The position numbers and the translations under genes were made by a program. Below, one piece after another: positions 61,001-64,000 of a stretch of 64,000 bases of DNA (positions within the stretch are counted from its first letter, which is position 1; each line of letters starts with the position of its first letter). The stretch lies in the NCBI GenBank assembly GCA_038087875.1, contig CM075988.1:20958001-21022000 (forward strand), read 5' to 3'. This DNA comes from Malacoraja senta. Lineage: Eukaryota. The notes under the pieces are model-generated. The model saw nothing but the letters and a program-made list of their open reading frames with translations, made no database searches and was not told the DNA's origin.

Positions 61001-63653
61001 GAGAGGAGACAATCGCGGAGGATGAGATTGTCCTCGTGGAACTTATCCTCAGCATCATCTGGCCTTGGGTGCTGAAGGAGAGGAATCTTCATCCATCCGC
61101 AGTCACACAGCGACTGAGGCCAATCCACAGTTCAAAAGATCAGCACATCATTTAACCTTCTCACCTAAAGGCTGGCCTAAATGGAAAACACTGACTTGCT
61201 GCCTCACAGCACCAAAGACCCGCGTTTGATCCTGAGCAGGGATGCTGTCTGAACGGAGTTTACACGTTCTCCCTGTGACCGCGTGGGTTTTCTCCAGCTG
61301 CTTGGCTTTCCTCCCACACTCCAAAGACGTGCAAGTCTGTAGTTTAATTGGCTTTCTGTAAATTTTCCCGAGTGTGTCGGATGGAACTCGTGTACGAGTG
61401 ATCGATGGTCGGGCTGGACGTGTTCAGTCTGTGAACTCCTGTCAACATCCTTACAAATCCTCTCTGTGCTCTTTCCAGCTTAACAATATATTTTTCCTGC
61501 AGCAGGGTGACCAAAAGTTTACACAATACTCCAAATGTGGCCTCACCTATGTCTTGTACAACTGTGACATAACGTCCCAGCTTCTATACTCAATATCCTG
61601 ACTGATGAAAGCCAATATGCCTGCTTGACCACTCTATCCACCTGCGATGCCACTTTTAAGGAACTATGTACATGCAATCCTAGATCCCTCTGTTTTGACA
61701 TTTCCACCCTGTGAGAAAGGTACTGACTGTCCCCCCTATCTATGCCTCCCATAATATGTATATACAGTACCTATCAGACCTTTCTGTCCTGAGAACTTCA
61801 ACTCCCCCTCCCATTCCCAATCTGATCTTTCTGTCCTCCATTGTCAGAGTGAGGCCCAGCGCAAATTGGAGGAAGTGCACCTCATATTTTGCTTGGGTAG
61901 TTTACACCCCAGCGGTATGAACATTGATTTCTCTAACTTCAGATAGCCCTTGCTTTCTCTCTCCATCCCCTCCCCCTTCCCAGTTCTCCCACCAGTCTTA
62001 CTGTCTCCGCCTACATTCTATCTTTGTCTCGCCCCCTCCCCCTGAAGAAGGGTCTCGACCCTAAACGGCTCCCATTCCTTCTTTCCAGAGATGCTGCCTG
62101 TCCCACTGAGTTACTCCAGCATTTTGTGTCTACCTTCGATTTTAATCAGCATCCGCAGTTCTGTCTTACACATACCTATCAGGTCTCCCTCAATCTACGA
62201 TGTTACAGAGAAAATAATCCAGATTTTTCCAAGTAATTCCGACATTCTGAGCTTTCAGACCGCAGTGAACTTCCGATATATTAGAATTGTTATATTGTAA
62301 GCTAACGTTATTAACATCCAGAAAAGATATGGACATCAAAATGATTTACTGAATGAAATAATGCTGGGACTCAGTCTGGGACACTCTGATTCCCGTGTCT
62401 GAGTGGCATATCATTGCCAGTGCTGTAGCTCACATTCGCTGTGAAAGCTGAAGAGAGTCAATGTGACATTTTTAATCTCTTCCCACATCAGAAATCATTT
62501 CAGCTTAATTGAAAGAGACTAATTGGTTGCATTTGCACGAAGCTAAATTTAGTCTCCACCAGGGGTCTGCGGCATCACACTAAAGATGTCAGCCCGATTA
62601 TGTCAAATGGGAGCGGTTGATGAGTTCCAGCACTCCACTTGTTCATTCTCAGCGCAGGGGCACCACCTGCAAGCCGAACCCTCCTTGCCCAACTTTAAAT
62701 TCTCTTGTGCAGGAAGGGACTGCAGAAACTGGTTTAAACCAAAGATGGACACAAAACGCTGGAGCAACTCAGCGGGTCAGGCAGCATCTCTGGAGAGAAG
62801 GAACAGGTGACATTTCGGGTCGAACTGAATCGCTTGCTGGACCAGAGCAGGAAGCAGTTGAGACTGAAATTCATGGTCTGGTGTATCTTATAGTCCAAGC
62901 CGACTAAAAAAATCTGTTCACTTAAGAATGTTAGGGCAACAAGTGGGATTTCAAGCCCCTCTAGTTTTGTTTACTGTAAATGACACAGCATTTTTCATAT
63001 TTCCAATTTGTTTTCTGTAATTTAATTTAAATTTCCGAGTTCCCTTGCTGGGATATCTCCTGATCATTAGGAGATCACCATGTTACCATCTCCGGCAGAA
63101 CTTTGGCGTAGGTGGTAGAGCCGCTGCCTCACGGCGCTAGAGACCCGGGTTTGATCCTAACCTCGGGTGCTGTCTGTGTGGAGTTTGCATGTTCTGCCTG
63201 GTGATGGTGTGGGCTTGCTCTGGCTGCTCCCGTTTCCACAAGTTTGTCGGTTAATTGGCTTGGTGTAAGTGTAAATTGTTCCTGGTGTGTGTAGGATAGT
63301 GTTAACGTGTGGGGTGATCGCTGGTCGGTGCGGATTCGGAGGGCCGAGGGGGCCGGTATCCGCCCTGTATCTCTAAACTAAACTAAACATCCACATCCCA
63401 AAGACATGAAGGTTTGTAATTCCCCGCTGGCGTGTGGGGAGTAAATAAGAAAGTGGGATAACATAGGTTGGCATGGACTCAGTGGGCCGAAGGGCCTGTT
63501 TCCATGCTGTTTCTCTAAATCTACTTCGGTTCCAGCTCACATCCATTAGCACTTATAGGCTTCTGTTTTTTAAATAAACATGAGACATTCTTCCCCTATA
63601 AAGAATTTAACTGCACTGAATTGGTGACTGGCACAGGCAAACTCTGAGCTTTA

Positions 63654-63970
63654 AGGGGCTGTCCCACTGAACGAGCTAATTCAAGAGTTCTCCAGAGTTT
63701 CCCCTGATTCGAACTCGGAGAATTATGGTAATGGCCGCTCGTGGGTGCTTGGGGCTCTCGTGGACATTTTTCAACATGTTCAAAAATCTTCACGAGTCTT
63801 CACGAGCTTACCGCGTTTCCCGAGTACCTGCCGTTAGCGTTACGAGCCGCTAAGAGACGTCCCGAGCTCTGACGTACCCGCTACGTACATTCTACGTGCT
63901 TACCACGAGTTTGTTTTTTTTTTAAACTCGGGAGAGCTCTTGAATGAACTCGTACAGTGGGACAGGCCCT
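63654..63970. mobile_element. PIF/Harbinger-type MITE (same family, opposite orientation)
   Basis: AGGGGCTGTCCCACTG ... CAGTGGGACAGGCCCT with TWA flanks; interior is the reverse complement of 6404-6694. Confidence 0.8.
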
Positions 63971-64000
63971 TTACCCTCCTTATTATTGTCTACTCTTGTC

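Overview
Eukaryotic, repeat-dominated genomic DNA, most likely from a cartilaginous fish (skate/ray/shark). That is inferred from the abundant HE1/V-SINE-type tRNA SINEs, CR1 (HER1-like), Rex1/Babar, L2, Tx1 and Penelope repeats. Only one host gene is supportable: a compact two-exon CD225/dispanin (IFITM-like) gene on + (26882-26998 joined to 29491-29658, 94 aa) that the ORF track splits and largely misses. A possible decayed paralogous exon lies near 32.6 kb. Three large mobile elements are present: an apparently intact, very young Gypsy LTR retrotransposon (56405-61000, minus, one 1311-aa gag-pol ORF, 227-bp LTRs differing at one base, GAGAG TSD); a structurally complete but frameshifted DIRS1-type tyrosine-recombinase retrotransposon (36870-41692) nested in a Penelope-derived hairpin; and a near-full ORF2 CR1 LINE (~49985-53229). 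Many short Penelope-derived inserts carry minimal hammerhead-ribozyme cores, and several are flanked by 12-17 bp target duplications. There are also Harbinger- and hAT-type MITEs, a solo LTR, several local direct and inverted duplications, and an ACTAG-starting element that appears to contain copies of its own flanking DNA. Family names come from motif recognition only; no database search was run.
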